Position numbers and translations under genes: made by a program | Notes under the pieces: model-generated | What the model was told of the DNA's origin: nothing | The model's input: only the letters and a program-made list of their open reading frames with translations | The model's database searches: none | Assembly (NCBI RefSeq): GCF_963676685.1 | Contig: NC_092347.1 | Coordinates: 80,910,001-80,974,000 of the forward strand | Source: Mytilus edulis | Taxonomy: Eukaryota | Reading direction: 5' to 3' | Length of the DNA: 64,000 bases | Shown: in pieces, positions 49,176 to 62,704 of the stretch | Layout: the number at the start of each line of letters is the position of its first letter | Position numbering within the stretch: position 1 is the stretch's first letter

Positions 49176-50040
49176 CATAATAAAAATATCTAACAACGTT
49201 ATAAATATTTACTATAAGGGAGCGCCGGTTTTTTTTTATTTTTCAATTTTACGGCTTGTTTTCGTTATATAGAAGAAAAAACACTTCAACAGTGAATGTA
49301 TTGATACCTCAAGTTTGTCACTAATCAATGATTTTACAAGACAGAAAACTTATTTTCGAAAGTATATATAAACAAGAACAATCTGTGAAAATATAGCTGC
49401 TTTTTACAAGAATTTTAGGCTCCTTTAAACAAAAACTCGGTTAATGTCCAAACAATAAATTGACGGCGTGCATAAATCTGAGTCCACAAACGCAACATCT
49501 TCAAATAACTGAAATCATTTACAATTCCAAAACCCTTCCTGTTTAAAAAAGATATTTTAAACAAGGTTGCATATGATAAATTTAAACATCTTTTAAAAGC
49601 GCATTTTACAGTTGCCGTCAATTTTGTACACGCCATCGTAGCTACATGCGATATAACGCTTTTAAAATATTTTAAACTTTAATCTCTCTTAAAAAATAGT
49701 TTGTATTGTCGTTTTGTTTTGGTTTCAAAAGTATCACGGAATAATGGTTTATTTTTATGAACAAAATATTCAGTCACCTGCAATTTTTCAAATTATACAT
49801 GATTGTATAGAATGGCATTGATCATTATCATATCTATTTCAATACATTGATTTAACGTTGTTCCTAAACAGTGCTCCCAGTCGAAGTTATCTATACATAT
49901 TTTATTACGTTTTCTTTTTCCCTTAGATATGTAAATCACAATATGAATTTAATGGTGATATTCATCAAGTGTGTCAGTTTCATCGTTCTTTATTTGATTG
50001 AAAAATTTCGGGTAAAAAATCGGTGCAAAAAGTTCAAACT

Positions 50041-51075
50041 CTACGATTCCTTCTCAAAAAGGTGGCCATTCTTGCTCAACAACAGCATGTGTTTTTCATC
50101 TTTCAAATATCCAACACCACGAGAATGAGGTCCCATGTCCTTGTCAAAAATAAAATCCCACAAGACTTTTAACCATGATGTATGATAAGGTTGGTCGTAA
50201 TATTCCGCGGCAATTCTTTTCACTTCCGGTAATTTATGGTATGGAATATATGGAAAGTCGTGGTGTTCGATATGGTATCCAACATTAAACAGAATAAAAT
50301 TCAAAGGCCCATAATATGAATGTGTTGCTTGTCCTTTATTGAACAGATAGTGTTCGGAAATAAAATGCCCAGCAAGCGGATGGAGGCCCAGTCCAAAAAA
50401 GGTCCCACTCACGAGATAAACAATTGATTTAACGCCTAAAAATTTCAAGATTATTAAGTTGCAGGTAATTTGTATTGCGCTATTGATCATTTCCCATACA
50501 GTCAAAGGTTTTGGACTTTTATAGAATGGACGAATTCCGTGAATTGCAGGATGAATAAGTAGCCATAACATTTTTGTTATGGGATTGCGAAAAAGATATC
50601 CTTCTAAGCGCGTAGGAATATCAACATCTTGGTTCTCCTCGCCAAGGTATCTATGGTGATCTGCGTGATATTTCTTATAACTTATAGCCATTGGTACGAT
50701 TATGGGAATATTACACCAAATACTAAGCAATCTATTAGCCCAGGGTCTTGCATGGCCAAAGGCTAAGTTATGTCCTATTTCGTGTATTGCACTACCGAGT
50801 GAATGATTCAAAACTCCGCCAAAGCAGTAGGCTAGAATAAAAATTGAACTCCAATTAGCCTCTTGTAACAACCAACACATTAACAGTTGAGCACTGACTT
50901 CTGCTGTTACAATATAAGCAATTGATGGATCATATCCCATTAGTTTCTTAATTTCTGGGTATTTTCTTAAAATCTCTTTCCTGCGAGCAGTGTGTGGCTC
51001 TTCTTCGTAAATCCAGTCTTCGTTAGATGAGTTTATCCGAAAGTCTAAGCTCGCACAACTTCGGAAGAATTCCAT
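50041..51075 (-). CDS. DEGS1: Sphingolipid delta(4)-desaturase / C4-hydroxylase family (DES1-like), 344 aa, intronless CDS
   Basis: N-terminal Lipid_DES motif WIYEEEPHTARRKEILRKYPEIKKLMG. His boxes HEIGH, HADHH, HIEHH. LHPLAGHFISEHY, SYYGPLN, SWLKVLWDFIFD. Acceptor tatttcag 5 nt before the ATG. DEGS1 versus DEGS2/paralog is unresolved. Confidence 0.9.
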   Translation of the reverse strand: MEFFRSCASLDFRINSSNEDWIYEEEPHTARRKEILRKYPEIKKLMGYDPSIAYIVTAEVSAQLLMCWLLQEANWSSIFILAYCFGGVLNHSLGSAIHEIGHNLAFGHARPWANRLLSIWCNIPIIVPMAISYKKYHADHHRYLGEENQDVDIPTRLEGYLFRNPITKMLWLLIHPAIHGIRPFYKSPKPLTVWEMINSAIQITCNLIILKFLGVKSIVYLVSGTFFGLGLHPLAGHFISEHYLFNKGQATHSYYGPLNFILFNVGYHIEHHDFPYIPYHKLPEVKRIAAEYYDQPYHTSWLKVLWDFIFDKDMGPHSRGVGYLKDEKHMLLLSKNGHLFEKES

Positions 51076-51199
51076 TTTGCCTGAAATAAATATATTTATA
51101 GATAAATATTATATTCAACCAATGACATATTATATGTATATATTGTAATACTGTTCATCTGATGAGTTTTTTTAAATGATTTATATATATATATATATA

Positions 51200-51578
51200 A
51201 TAGTTCGTTCTTATGGTTACTGTTATACCACTGTCGCAGGTTAGGGGAGGGTTGGGATCCCGCTAACATGTTTAACCCCGCCACATTATGTATGTATGTA
51301 TGTGCCTGTCCCAAGTTAGGAGCCTGTAATTCAGTGGTTGTCGTTTGTTTATATGTCACATATTTTTTTTTCGTTCATTCTTTGTACAGAAATAAGGCCA
51401 TTAGTTTTCTCGTTTGAATTGTTTTACATTGTCATTTCGGGGCTATAAGGTATGGGCGGCTTTGTTGATTGTTAAAGGCCGTATACGGTGACCTATAATA
51501 GTTGTTGATTTCTGTGTCATTTTGGTCTCTTGTGGAGAGTTGTCTCATTGGCAATCATACCACATCTTTTTATATAAA
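51200..51578 (+). repeat. Interspersed repeat ending GTGGAGAGTTGTCTCATTGGCAATCATACCACATCT
   Basis: Degenerate copies at about 6590-6660, 6845-6940, 20430-20740 (reverse), 22700-22750 (reverse), 53635-53685 and 57835-57880 (reverse). Confidence 0.7.
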
Positions 51579-51847
51579 TATATGTCTCTGATTCAACTGA
51601 GGAACTATTAATTATTTATATTGGACATGGTTTAAATGTATCAATTTTAATTTTTACAACAGAATGTGTGCTTGTATCGATTAAGCAGACCCACAGCATG
51701 TACTTATATTTTATCAACTTTATAATATAGAAAATTGCGAGCTCAGGACATGTTTGTCATGTGTTGCAACAATCACACGGCAATTTTCAAAATCTACAAC
51801 AATATATCAATAGGTCAGTGAAAATTTAACTTGAATGGTATTGCTAA

Positions 51848-52571
51848 TGCGGGGTTCACACATTGCCGATTATTGCTCCCGTTTGAGATCAGACAGCGAT
51901 ACGACACGAACAGTGAAAAAGTCGGATTAGTATCCTCAATTATCTGGAATGTCCTATTATTGTCTGAACGCAGTCGTTTTAGTTCGTAACAGATTCCTAC
52001 TGGTCGGGAAGGGTCCGAATAGTTCGGCAAAGCACCCCGACAGTTGGGTGCGTCCCGTAACATTCGGGGAAACTCAGCCGATTTTGTCTAGTCGGATTAC
52101 AATCGTGCCTATGTCGTGACAGATTCTGCTGTATCGGATCGAATTCCTAACAATGTTATGTGTATTCGGGAAGGTGTCCTGTGGAACGGGAATGATCTGG
52201 AGAAGTCCCGACAATAACAGAATACAATACGACTGAGACCAGACAAAGCCGTTTGCAATGCGATAGAGCGGACCGTGATAGGATTACGTTCCGACAGTAC
52301 CTGATCATCCCGATTATGCCGACAGTTTTCGACCGGATAACTTCCGTCATCGTCGGTTCACTGTCTTGTCACTATCTGATCTCTGTCGGATTACATTCGG
52401 TAGAATCGGGACGCATTCGTGACAGACTCGGTCGAATTTTACCTTGCGAAAGATACAAATCGAATTTCCATCCACGATTCACAGGATCTTGATCAGACTT
52501 TTGACAAATTTTAATCGGGAATGGTCCTGTCAAGGACGGCAGTACAAAATCGTGAATGTGTGACCCCAGCT
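51848..52571. mobile_element. PIF/Harbinger-type non-autonomous element, CpG-rich
   Basis: TAA|TGCGGGGTTCACACATT ... AATGTGTGACCCCAGCT|TAA. Confidence 0.78.
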
Positions 52572-52874
52572 TAACCCAGCAATATACATGTAACTACATA
52601 CATGTGATGACAATACCTATCCGATTCGTTGTTTGATTATGTCATTGGCTCTATTCAGGTACTGTAAACAATTAATAGAGCTTTCTAACATTTTGACGAA
52701 AGGTACGAACGAACGGAACGGAAGCATGTATTATATTTCCACGATAACACATAGAGTGCTGGTTTTATATCTCGTTAAACAGCATTGATCAGCATTGTTT
52801 TAGAAATCAGACGTATATCTTTAAAAAATTAAGCATACACAAATAAAACACGCTTTTAATATATCATTTTATTT

Positions 52875-54316
52875 TACACGTCGTGTGTTGTCCCCCGCCT
52901 ACCGCGGCCTTGCGGGGACAAAATTGGAAATACCTGGCGTCCATCCATCCGGCTGTCCCTCCTTCTGTCCGTTCTGTCTTGTTAGAGCTTTCACGGGTAC
53001 AATGCTTGCCAGATTTTATACGACTTATACTCTAGCTTCATAACAGCAATATCTCGAACAAGTTTCAAAATATTGGACGATCGACTTGAAAAAAAGAGTC
53101 ATTCCCCTAAGAAATATTAAATTCATGATGAAAAAAGGCATCGTTAGCGCCTTCACGGGGGCGTATGACATTTGCGCCGATTTTTTAAATTTTCATTCTT
53201 TCATTTGCGCCGATTTCATTTTTTCATTTGCGCCAATTTTATCTTTGCTCCTAATTGGATTTACAGGTAAGAGAATACTTGTACATGTACTATACCGTGA
53301 AGGTATATACATGTAGGTAAAATCTGGTTATAAACATAGGTTTTAGTAAATTTTGATTTATATTGTTCTGAACTTTGCTGTAAATTGATGGACATACATG
53401 TATTGCACACTGCAACGAGCCGAGGAGTCAATTCTTTAACCATCGACGGCCATACACATAAGTACGTAATCCAGACAAAGAAAAGAAAAAGAAATGCTGT
53501 AAATAGGTTTTCAATTCGTCATTTTAGTATAAACCAGAGTGCTTTTATCTAAGGTTTTTACTTTTTAAAGTATGTGAATATAGTGTACAACTGGATGACG
53601 GAAGAGGTCTATATGATAAATGAAAAATAACATGACTTGGATGGAGAGTTGTCTCATTTGCACTCATACAACATCTTCTTATATCTATTCACATGTAATT
53701 AACCTGTAAATTACCTGTAAAAAATCGGCGCAAATGAAAACAAAAATCGGCGCAAATGAAAGAACAAATCGGCGCAAATGAAATGCAGATCGGCGCAAAT
53801 GCAAAACGCCGCTTCACGGGTTTAATTCTTGTCAGATTTTTAAAAACAACTTATATTATAGGTTAACATAAGCAATATCTCGGACATGTTCTAAAATGGT
53901 GGAAGATCGACTTTTTTTTATGTTATGTCCATTGGAAATATTGAATTTATGGAAAATGGCCTCGTTAGCGCTCTCACGGGTAGAATTCCTGCCAGATTTT
54001 TATAAAACATAAACTATAGGTTAATACCAGCAATATCTCGGGCATGTTCTAAAATGGTGGACGATCGACTTTATTTAAATGATTTATGGCCTTTGGTAAT
54101 ATTAAATTTATGGAAAATGGCCTCGTTTTAGCTCTCACGGGTACAATTTTTGTTAGATTTTTATAAAACTTATACATTAAAATCAGCAATATCTCGGACA
54201 AGTTCTAAAATGGTGGACAATCGACTTTATTTAAATGAGTTTATATGTCCTTTTGAAATATTGAATAAGTGCAACGCAGGGGACATTGGAACTCTGTTCA
54301 ATGATTTTAACCTTGT
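52875..54316 (+). mobile_element. HINE-like element with about 155-bp repeats, interrupted by a nested TIR element
   Basis: 5' palindrome TGTCCCCCGC..GCGGGGACA, (CCAT/GTCC)n tract, repeated CAGCAATATCTCG...AAAATGGTGGACGATCGACTT, GGGGACA near the 3' end. Confidence 0.7.
53160..53810. mobile_element. MULE-like non-autonomous TIR element
   Basis: GGCGT..CATTTGCGCCGAT arrays (3 left, 4 right, inverted). CTTCACGGG duplicated at 53151-53159 and 53812-53820. Confidence 0.8.
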
Positions 54317-56080
54317 AAGTACTTTATTTCCGTAAGCAAATACAGCTTATTGGTCATTGGTCATTCCAATATTATTCGGTTCACTGACTAACGTGTATTG
54401 ATTTAAACTTGAAAACTATATATTTGATACACATCGTTAATTTGTGTTATTGTGGACCAATCAGTGGTGCATTGAGCATTTACAGATGTTAACCATATGA
54501 TCATCAACATCTATACAAATAAAATTTAATATGAACGTTTTATAGTTTACACTGTAAAACAAGCATTAATAGGTAGAACAGACGATAAAAACCAAGTAAC
54601 AATCAAAGGAAAAACGGAACTTGGGAGCTTTGAAAAATTAAACGTATATTTCTCTGACTTAGTTGAGTATATAATAGACATAGGCGAAGATCTATACTAG
54701 GAAGCTATATCAGTGTGGCTGCTGAGTGGAGGCAGTCGGGCACGTCCAGGACTCCCACTCCTAAATCCGCCATTAAGCACTACATTTGTAATTAGGCCTT
54801 TCCACTTTTGAATGGAAAAACCAATTTGCTTTCGTTCCGATTATTTTGTTCTTGCGTAGTATTGACATTAAATGTTTTTTTTCCGCCTTTAATATTTAAT
54901 ATTACGCGTATGAGGATATAGGTCATTAACCATATATAATAAGACCTAGGGTATTTTGATTTTAGGTCCTTGGTTCATGATCTTGATATTGAGGTCAAGG
55001 TCATATTTAAAGTTGACGTTCTTGATTTTGACCTTTGCTTTTACTTCATATACATGACAAAACTATGGAATTTTGCTTTCAGCTGCAAGCCATAAGATGT
55101 TGAAAAAGCCAACCGGAAGTGGCCTTATGTAAACCGGAAGTAGCTATTTATTGTACTAATCTTATGTAACAGTAAATAGAACCATATATTTTTGGAATAA
55201 GGGTCAAGTGAACTTTCAAATAATTATACGGAAATGACATTTTTAACACCGGAAGTAACTAATTATCTCCCTTATTTCAAATAAGGAAGTACACCACTAA
55301 TTAATGGCCCCATTGCTTTCTATGTTAAATTCCTCAGTTTCGAGTGGTCACAGCTCTTTTATCTTAAGTTCAAATAAAGTGACAATCATTGCATGTCAAA
55401 GCAACACCTTCTGGTGTCCTGTACTGAAAAAAATCAACATACCTTACATTGCATATAAGAAAGAACTGGTTCCCGGAATTTCGGATGTACCAAAACAGGT
55501 ACTTCCGATCTGACAAAAAGGCAAAATGTACCCTCCTTTTTAAATTTCATGCCATTTTTTTATTATTCAAATTTATCAGTCAAAAATTATTCTGCAATGA
55601 TCACCAGTCATGCAGCTTTCATTTGATACCAAAATTAATAAAATATTCTAAATATTTTGAAAGTTATGTCCATGCGTAGGAACTATTTTGTGTTAAATAT
55701 GTACTACTTTCTGGTATGTGCTTTCTGGCGGGCCTGAATTAGTGGTGTTACACCATAATAATGTATATCAAGGACGTATATTTATACGTCCTTGTGTATA
55801 TAAACCATATATTTTTGGAATCAGTATAAAAGATTCTATCATTTGACACTAGAAATGACATTTTAAACTGGGTTTTAAGATTTTCATATCAACTATAATG
55901 TTTTGGGTAGAAAACATTCACTTGTTCTTTGAACAATTGGTTTTTAATTATATATATTGTTTTGTTCATTTACATACATTTTAATGTACAAAATGTCATT
56001 ACAATTCAGGACGAAGACACAATTATGCGCTGAAACAACGGTTCCAAATTGAAGCGTCATGCAACGACACGTATATATAT

Positions 56081-56262
56081 ATTTCGCCTTTTCAGAATCT
56101 AAAGGGCTATGGGTAATCTCATTGTTCGTACACCAAAATGAAAATAACGTTACGTCATTGAATGGATTTCCATTGTTTAGAACGTTTTAAACCAATCACA
56201 AAGTTTTGGTGTACGCTTTTGAAAATATTATCCAGGATGCATTAGATTCTGGAACGGCGAAT
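56081..56262. mobile_element. Small palindromic MITE
   Basis: TTCGCCTTTTCAGAATCTAA...CGTACACCAAAA / TTTTGGTGTACG...TTAGATTCTGGAACGGCGAA. Confidence 0.6.
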
Positions 56263-58874
56263 TGTCCAGCTTAAATGGCAAACATCAAGGTGAATTGCAA
56301 TCGAAGTTCCATGACGCTTCAATTAATTCAGACATAAATATTTCAAAATAGAGTATCCCTTAAACGATCTTAAACGAGTCTTACGTATGATTCGTCAAGC
56401 GTACGTACCTTTGGTCAAATTATAAGAAAGCTCTAATATAATGTTTTCACATTATTATTGCTAAAGTGAACTATAACTAAATAAATATTGTTGTTTGCGT
56501 TTAAAGCTTTTAAAATGTCAATCTTGAATGGTAAATAAATGGTCGACACCAGATATTCACGTAGTAGTTTTAACACGTTGACGAGTCTTCTTCATATACT
56601 ACCAACTATATTTCAGAAATAAGCAGGTACCCCTTTTTAAACTCGAAAACCGCAGGAATTTACCCAGCTTGAAAGGATGTCATTAAATTTGCTGAAAAGC
56701 TCCTAGTCTATATGACTTCTTAAAGTTACTGAAGAGCTCCTAGTACATATGACGTTTCTAACTTTTAACAGCGTTTTAATTGAAAATGTGTTCAAAGTAA
56801 CCTGACCTGTCCTACGAAGATATGTATCTGATAAAGATATAAAAAAGGGTAGAATATACACCATATGTATCTATATAACTGTCTGGTCAAAACCGCTGTT
56901 TCAATCTCCTGTCAGTCTGGGATCCCCCCCTTTTTTAAACCTTAAAAGATCGACATATAAAGTCTAAGAACCATTATAAGTAGAAAAAAGAAAAGGTAAA
57001 TTTAGTATTCAAATGTAATCAAATTTAAGGAAGTTATGAATATGAAAAAAAAACATATTTGAAAAGGCTATGTACTTTACTTTTTTACTTTTATAAGGCA
57101 TATTTATTCATGTCTGTGTTCTACTGGCGAAACTGAATTAATCGTAAATAGTGTACATATCATGTTTTCTTTAAATTTATATCTGTGTTTTTTCTTACAT
57201 GTAGCGTCTGTATACCATTGTATTTGAAAAAATAACCATATCAGAATACAGATATATTATAAAAACCTCTTTAGTACAAAACAGTCTTGATCGGCGCATG
57301 AAAGTATTCAGAAGTAAATGGATATAAGAGTAAGAACACATTAAATACGTAAAAAAATAAGCAATAATATAATAGACTATTTACAAACAAAAATACATAC
57401 AAAAAAAAAGAAAAAAATGGTCTGTTCTCTAAGCGCCTGTGGAACTTTATGTTAACTCTTAAACCAAACACTTTTTTCTTTCAAAAATGATTAAATAAGT
57501 GTATTTTTTTATGTAATTTTTTAGTAATTACTCTTTCCCTAAATTTTCAATTTTATAAATTTATACTTAAATCTTACCTTCTGATAAATTCCGTTTTTAG
57601 AAATTAACGAAGTCACACACCAACTAATAATTGTAAATATGACTCAAAGACGTTGATTTCAGATGTGTTATGACAACTCCCTATTAAAGGTAAAGTAATG
57701 GTTACAATGATGAAATGTTCCATTAAACCCTACTAGTTATTGAACTGCTATTGCGAAACTCTCATTATTATCAGCAAAAACCTATCATGTTAAAACTAGC
57801 CTGTGTTTTATGGCGTATTGAAGTCCATAATAGATTAAAGATGATGTGGTATGAGTGCCAATGAGACAACTCTCGATCCAAGTCACAATTAGTCTAATCT
57901 ACAACACAACTTTCCAACCAAAAGTATTTATTATCTTAAAGTTTTTACAGAAATATCTACGGTACCTTTTGATTAAATACTGTAAAAAAAATTTGAAGAG
58001 TAGGAAAATGTCAAAACTATCCGAGACGGTCGAAACTTTAAAGATTCCATTTAGAAAAAAAATTCGAGTAAACTGAACTTGAATTTGAAAATTCAAAAAC
58101 CAAAAAAATGAAAGTAAAAAAGGCATGATAGTAAAATAATACTATCGATTATATGTTGTTTAATAAATAATGTATTAAGTTATTTATTAAAGGATTGCAT
58201 TTGCAATGAAAGCTTGCTCTACATTTTCAACTGGACGTTAAGCAAACAAAATCATCAATCGTGTAAGAATGGCTGGGAGTTTAAACAGTGATTAATTACA
58301 CTTAATATTGCATATTCATTCAAAATCAAACTCTCAGTAGACACTAAATTATCGGTGTTCTATCCGGCTGAAAAAATAATCGATTAACAGACCAATCACT
58401 AGTCAATATTTTAATCGGTTGAATAACATAAACAAACAAGTTTGAGAAAATAATTATGTTCGAAAATCCAAATAAATAGGACAAGGCAGTTAGAGAAACA
58501 ATAAAGAGATAGGCATATATACACACGTATTTCTATTCAAACATGTTTAACCCTGCCACATTTTCGCGCCTGTCCCAAGTCAGGAGTCTCCGCTGTTCTT
58601 TGTCAGTCTTGTATTTTTTCTTAGTGAGGTTTATTTAATATATGGTTTTATGGCGTCCATTTTCACTAAACTAGTACACATTTTTATTTTAGAGGCAGCT
58701 GAGACCAACCTCCGGTTGCGGGATTTTCTCGTAAGGTTGAAGACCCATTGGTTGCCTTCAGCTGTTATCTGGTCATTGGTCGGGTTGTTGTCTCTTTGAC
58801 ATATTCCCTATTTCCAACCTCAATTTTATGGTAAACGATATTATTTTACACTTAATTCTTCTTGTTCATTTTCA

Positions 58875-59071
58875 ATTTTTAATTTTTCGAACTATTTTAA
58901 TATTAAAGGCGTTAAGAACCTTTGGTGACCCCACAGTTTAAATTCTATAATAAGTAAGTAGTGAGCAGTTGTCGTTGCAGACACACGTTCACCTAATCTG
59001 CCCCAGTCAATGGGATACTTTAAGGTTGTCAATCAATGGCCACAGCTACACTGTTTTGAATATGATTCTAA
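58875..59071. mobile_element. Degraded half copy of the foldback MITE
   Basis: GGCGTTAAGAACCTTTGGTGACCCCACAGTTTAA...GTCAATCAATGGCCACAGCTACACTGTTTTGAA matches one arm. Confidence 0.7.
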
Positions 59072-59511
59072 ATAAGATCATCATCTTTGTGTCCTTCCGA
59101 CATACACTATATTCATTGCCAAAATGGGGGTCTGTTTTGCTGTGTGTGATGTTTGAATTCGCAACCTCGTCCGGTTAGAATGAGGACGTACTATATGAGG
59201 CTTCGTGAAAAAAAAGAGTCTCTTTGCACTTTAAGAAGCCTTACACAAGAGACCAAATTTCCTCGCCCTTCATTCCGATGTTACATGTCTCTGTATTTAC
59301 TAGAGAATTACTTGGAATTGGAATAGTTCAAACATTAAATTACAACATGGTGTTCTTCATATTATTGCTTCTGTAGCTCATATAGACAATAACTTTGATC
59401 TCCCATAGCTGAAGTCTTCTATCATTCAATGTTCTCTTTATTTTTTGCTTTTATTTCAACTATTAGATAAAGCTTTTGTTTCTGTTCCAGTTTAAGCAAA
59501 ATTTATTTTCT

Positions 59512-61928
59512 TTTTAGCTCACCTGTCCCGAAGGGACAAGTGAGCTTATGCCATCACTTGGCGTCCGTCGTCGTCCGTCGTCTGTCGTCTGTCGTCGTCT
59601 GTCGTCTGTCGTCGTCTGTCGTCGTAAACTATTTCAAGAATCTTCTCCTCTGAAACTACTGGGCCAAATACTTTCAAACTTTAACTGAATGTTCCTTAGG
59701 GTATCTAATTTATAAATTGTATCCGAAGTTTTCATCTATCAACAAACATGGTCGCCATTGCTAAAAATAGAACATAGGGGTCAAATGCAGTTTTTGGCTT
59801 ATAATTCAAAAACCAAAGCATTAAGAGCAAATCTGACAGGGGGTAATATTGTTTATCAGATCAAGATCTATCTGCCCTGAAATTTTCAGATGAATCAGAC
59901 AACCCGTTGTTGGGTTGCTGCCCCTGAATTGGAAATTTTAAGGAAATTTTGCTGTTTTTGGTTATTATCTTGAATATTATTATAGATAGAGATAAACTGT
60001 AGACAGGAATAATGTTCAGCAAAGTAAGATTTACAAATAAGTCAACATGACGGAAATGGTCAGTTGACCCCTTTAGGAGTTATTGCCCTTTATAGTCAAT
60101 TTTTAACCATTTTTCGTAAATCTTAGTAATCTTTTACCAAAATCTTCTCCTCTGAAACTACTGGGCCAAATACTTCCAAACTTTAATTGAATGTTCCTTA
60201 GGGTATCTAGTTTGTAAATTGTATCCGAAGTTTTGATCTATCAACAAACATGGTCGCCATTGCTAAAAATAGAACATAGGGGTCAAATGCAGTTTTTGGC
60301 TTATAATTCAAAAACCAAAGCATTAAGAGCAAATCTGACATGGGGTAATATTGTTTATCAGGTCAAGATCTATCTGCCCTGAAATTTTCAGATGAATCAG
60401 ACAACCCGTTGTTGGGTTGCTGCCCCTGAATTGGAAATTTTAAGGAAATTTTGCTGTTTTTGGTTATTATCTTGAATATTATTATAGATAGAGATAAACT
60501 GTAAACAGGAATAATGTTCAGCAAAGTAAGATTTACAAATAAGTCAACATGACGGAAATGGTCAGTTGACCCCTTTAGGAGTTATTGCCCTTTATAGTCA
60601 ATTTTTTACCATTTTTCGTAAATCTTAGTAATCTTTTACCAAAATCTTCTCCTCTGAAACTACTGGGCCAAATACTTCCAAACTTTAATTGAATGTTCCT
60701 TAGGGTATCTAGTTTGTAAATTGTATCCGAAGTTATGATCTATCAACAAACATAGTCGCCATTGCTAAAAATAGAACATAGGGGTCAAATGCAGTTTTTG
60801 GCTTATAACTCAAAAACCAAAGCATTAAGAGCAAATCTGACAGGGGTAATATTGTTTATCAGGTCAAGATCTATCTGCCCTGAAATTTTCAGATGAATCA
60901 GACAACCTGTTGTTGGGTTGCTGCCCCTGAATTGGTAATTTTAAGGAAATTTTGCTGTTTTTGGTTATTATCTTGAATATTATTATAGATAGAGATAAAC
61001 TGTAAACAGGAATAATGTTCAGCAAAGTAAGATTTACAAATAAGTCAACATGACGGAAATGGTCAGTTGACCCCTTTAGGAGTTATTGCCCTTTATAGTC
61101 AATTTTTAACCATTTTTCGTAAATCTTAGTAATCTTTTACAAAAATCTTCTCCTCTGAAACTACTGGGCCAAATACTTCCAAACTTTAATTGAATGTTCC
61201 TTAGTGTATCTAGTTTGTAAATTGTATCCGAAGTTATGATCTATCAACAAACATGGTCGCCATTGCTAAAAATAGAACATAGGGGTCAAATGCAGTTTTT
61301 GGCTTATAACTCAAAAACCAAAGCATTTAGAGCAAATCTGACGTGGGTAATATTGTTTATCAGGTCAAGATCTATCTGCCCTGAAATTTTCAGATGAATC
61401 AGACAACCTGTTGTTGGGTTGCTGCCCCTGAATTGATAATTTTAAGGCAATTTTGCTGTTTTTGTTTATTATCTTGAATATAATTATAGATAGAAATAAA
61501 CTGTAAACAGCAATAATGTTCAGCAAAGTAAGATCTTCAATTAAGTCAATTTGACCAAAATTGTCAATTGACCCCTTAAGGAGTTATTGCCCTTTAAAGA
61601 CTTTTTTCACAATTTGTTCATCATGTTGACTTACTTTAAAAAATCTTCTCCTTTGAAACTGCTGTATCAATTTCAGCCAAACTTAGGCTAAATGAGTTTC
61701 AGAGTATCTAGTATAAATTTTATATTTTATTTCCTTGTATGTCAAGAAACATAGCTCCTATGGCTAAAATAGAACATAGGAGAAAATGATTATTTTTTTT
61801 TGGCTTTTGAAGAAAATAGGACGATCCAAAAAACATTTAAATAAATTGAAAAGCCAAAATAATCATTGATGAGAGATTTAACCAAAAGAATTAAGGTGAG
61901 CGATTCAGGCTCTTGAGAGCCTCTTGTT
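59512..61928 (+). mobile_element. Helentron/HINE-like element carrying four ~502-bp tandem units
   Basis: TTTTAGCTCACCT start with a hairpin, (GTC/GTCT)n microsatellite 59562-59624, unit starts at 59641, 60143, 60645, 61146 (partial 61644), subterminal inverted AGGTGAGC, 3' hairpin AGGCTCTTGAGAGCCT. Confidence 0.88.
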
Positions 61929-62704
61929 TATTTTAGCTTGCCTGCTTTGATTTATGCATGTTGCTTACCTATTATATTATGCATGTGTTTTGTTTATATG
62001 TGTATTCTGTCAAATGTGCTTATAATTTTTTATTTGTTTTCTAAATATCAAGTAGGTTAAGAGCTCTTCAGAGCTCGTGTACTGTCTTAATTTGTACATA
62101 TCATGCCCGACTCTAAATAAAATGTATCATCTTAATTACTAATATAAACTTAGTTTACAGCTTAGTATTATTTTTATGACTTGATTTATACTAGAAAAAC
62201 GTGCCTGTCTTATTCACTGGAGCAATATATTTCCCTTTGCCCTGTATATGAGAGAAAATGTATCCTGAGATATCTAATTAATTAGACATCACTTTACAAA
62301 GTCGGTTGTGTTTTTAACTACGCTGGTGATGAACTTCTGCTGTTTTAGCACTACTATACCAAATATTTCATAAATTGCACCGCCTGTTCGCACGAAGGAC
62401 AAGATCCTATTGCAGGAACTTTTTATTTGGCTTTTTAATGTTAATAAATACTCTTTTTTTTAAATATTCCCTTGTCGAACTATCAGTAAATTACCAGTTG
62501 GTAAGCCGTCCACCAAAATCGTATCAATAGTTATAATATCACTGTCTTATCAGCAAAACTCGGATTGGCTGAACTAGCCTGTATATCCAGATGTAAATAA
62601 AAAGACAAATTTAACAATTCTAGCATGAAATCGACTTCTGCTACATCTACACCGCCATCAAACCCATCGATTTCATGAATATTTACAGGATGAAATTATG
62701 AGAT

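Noticed and set aside
732-51075. Functional immune cluster (NAGK muramyl-dipeptide phosphorylation + C1q + cGLR + DEGS)
   Set aside because: Adjacency in an animal genome with greatly expanded C1q and cGLR families is expected by chance; no shared regulatory evidence.
54793-55740. Possible additional transposon with AGGCC...GGCCT ends
   Set aside because: Shares fragments with about 4230-4380 so it is likely repetitive, but boundaries and class could not be fixed.
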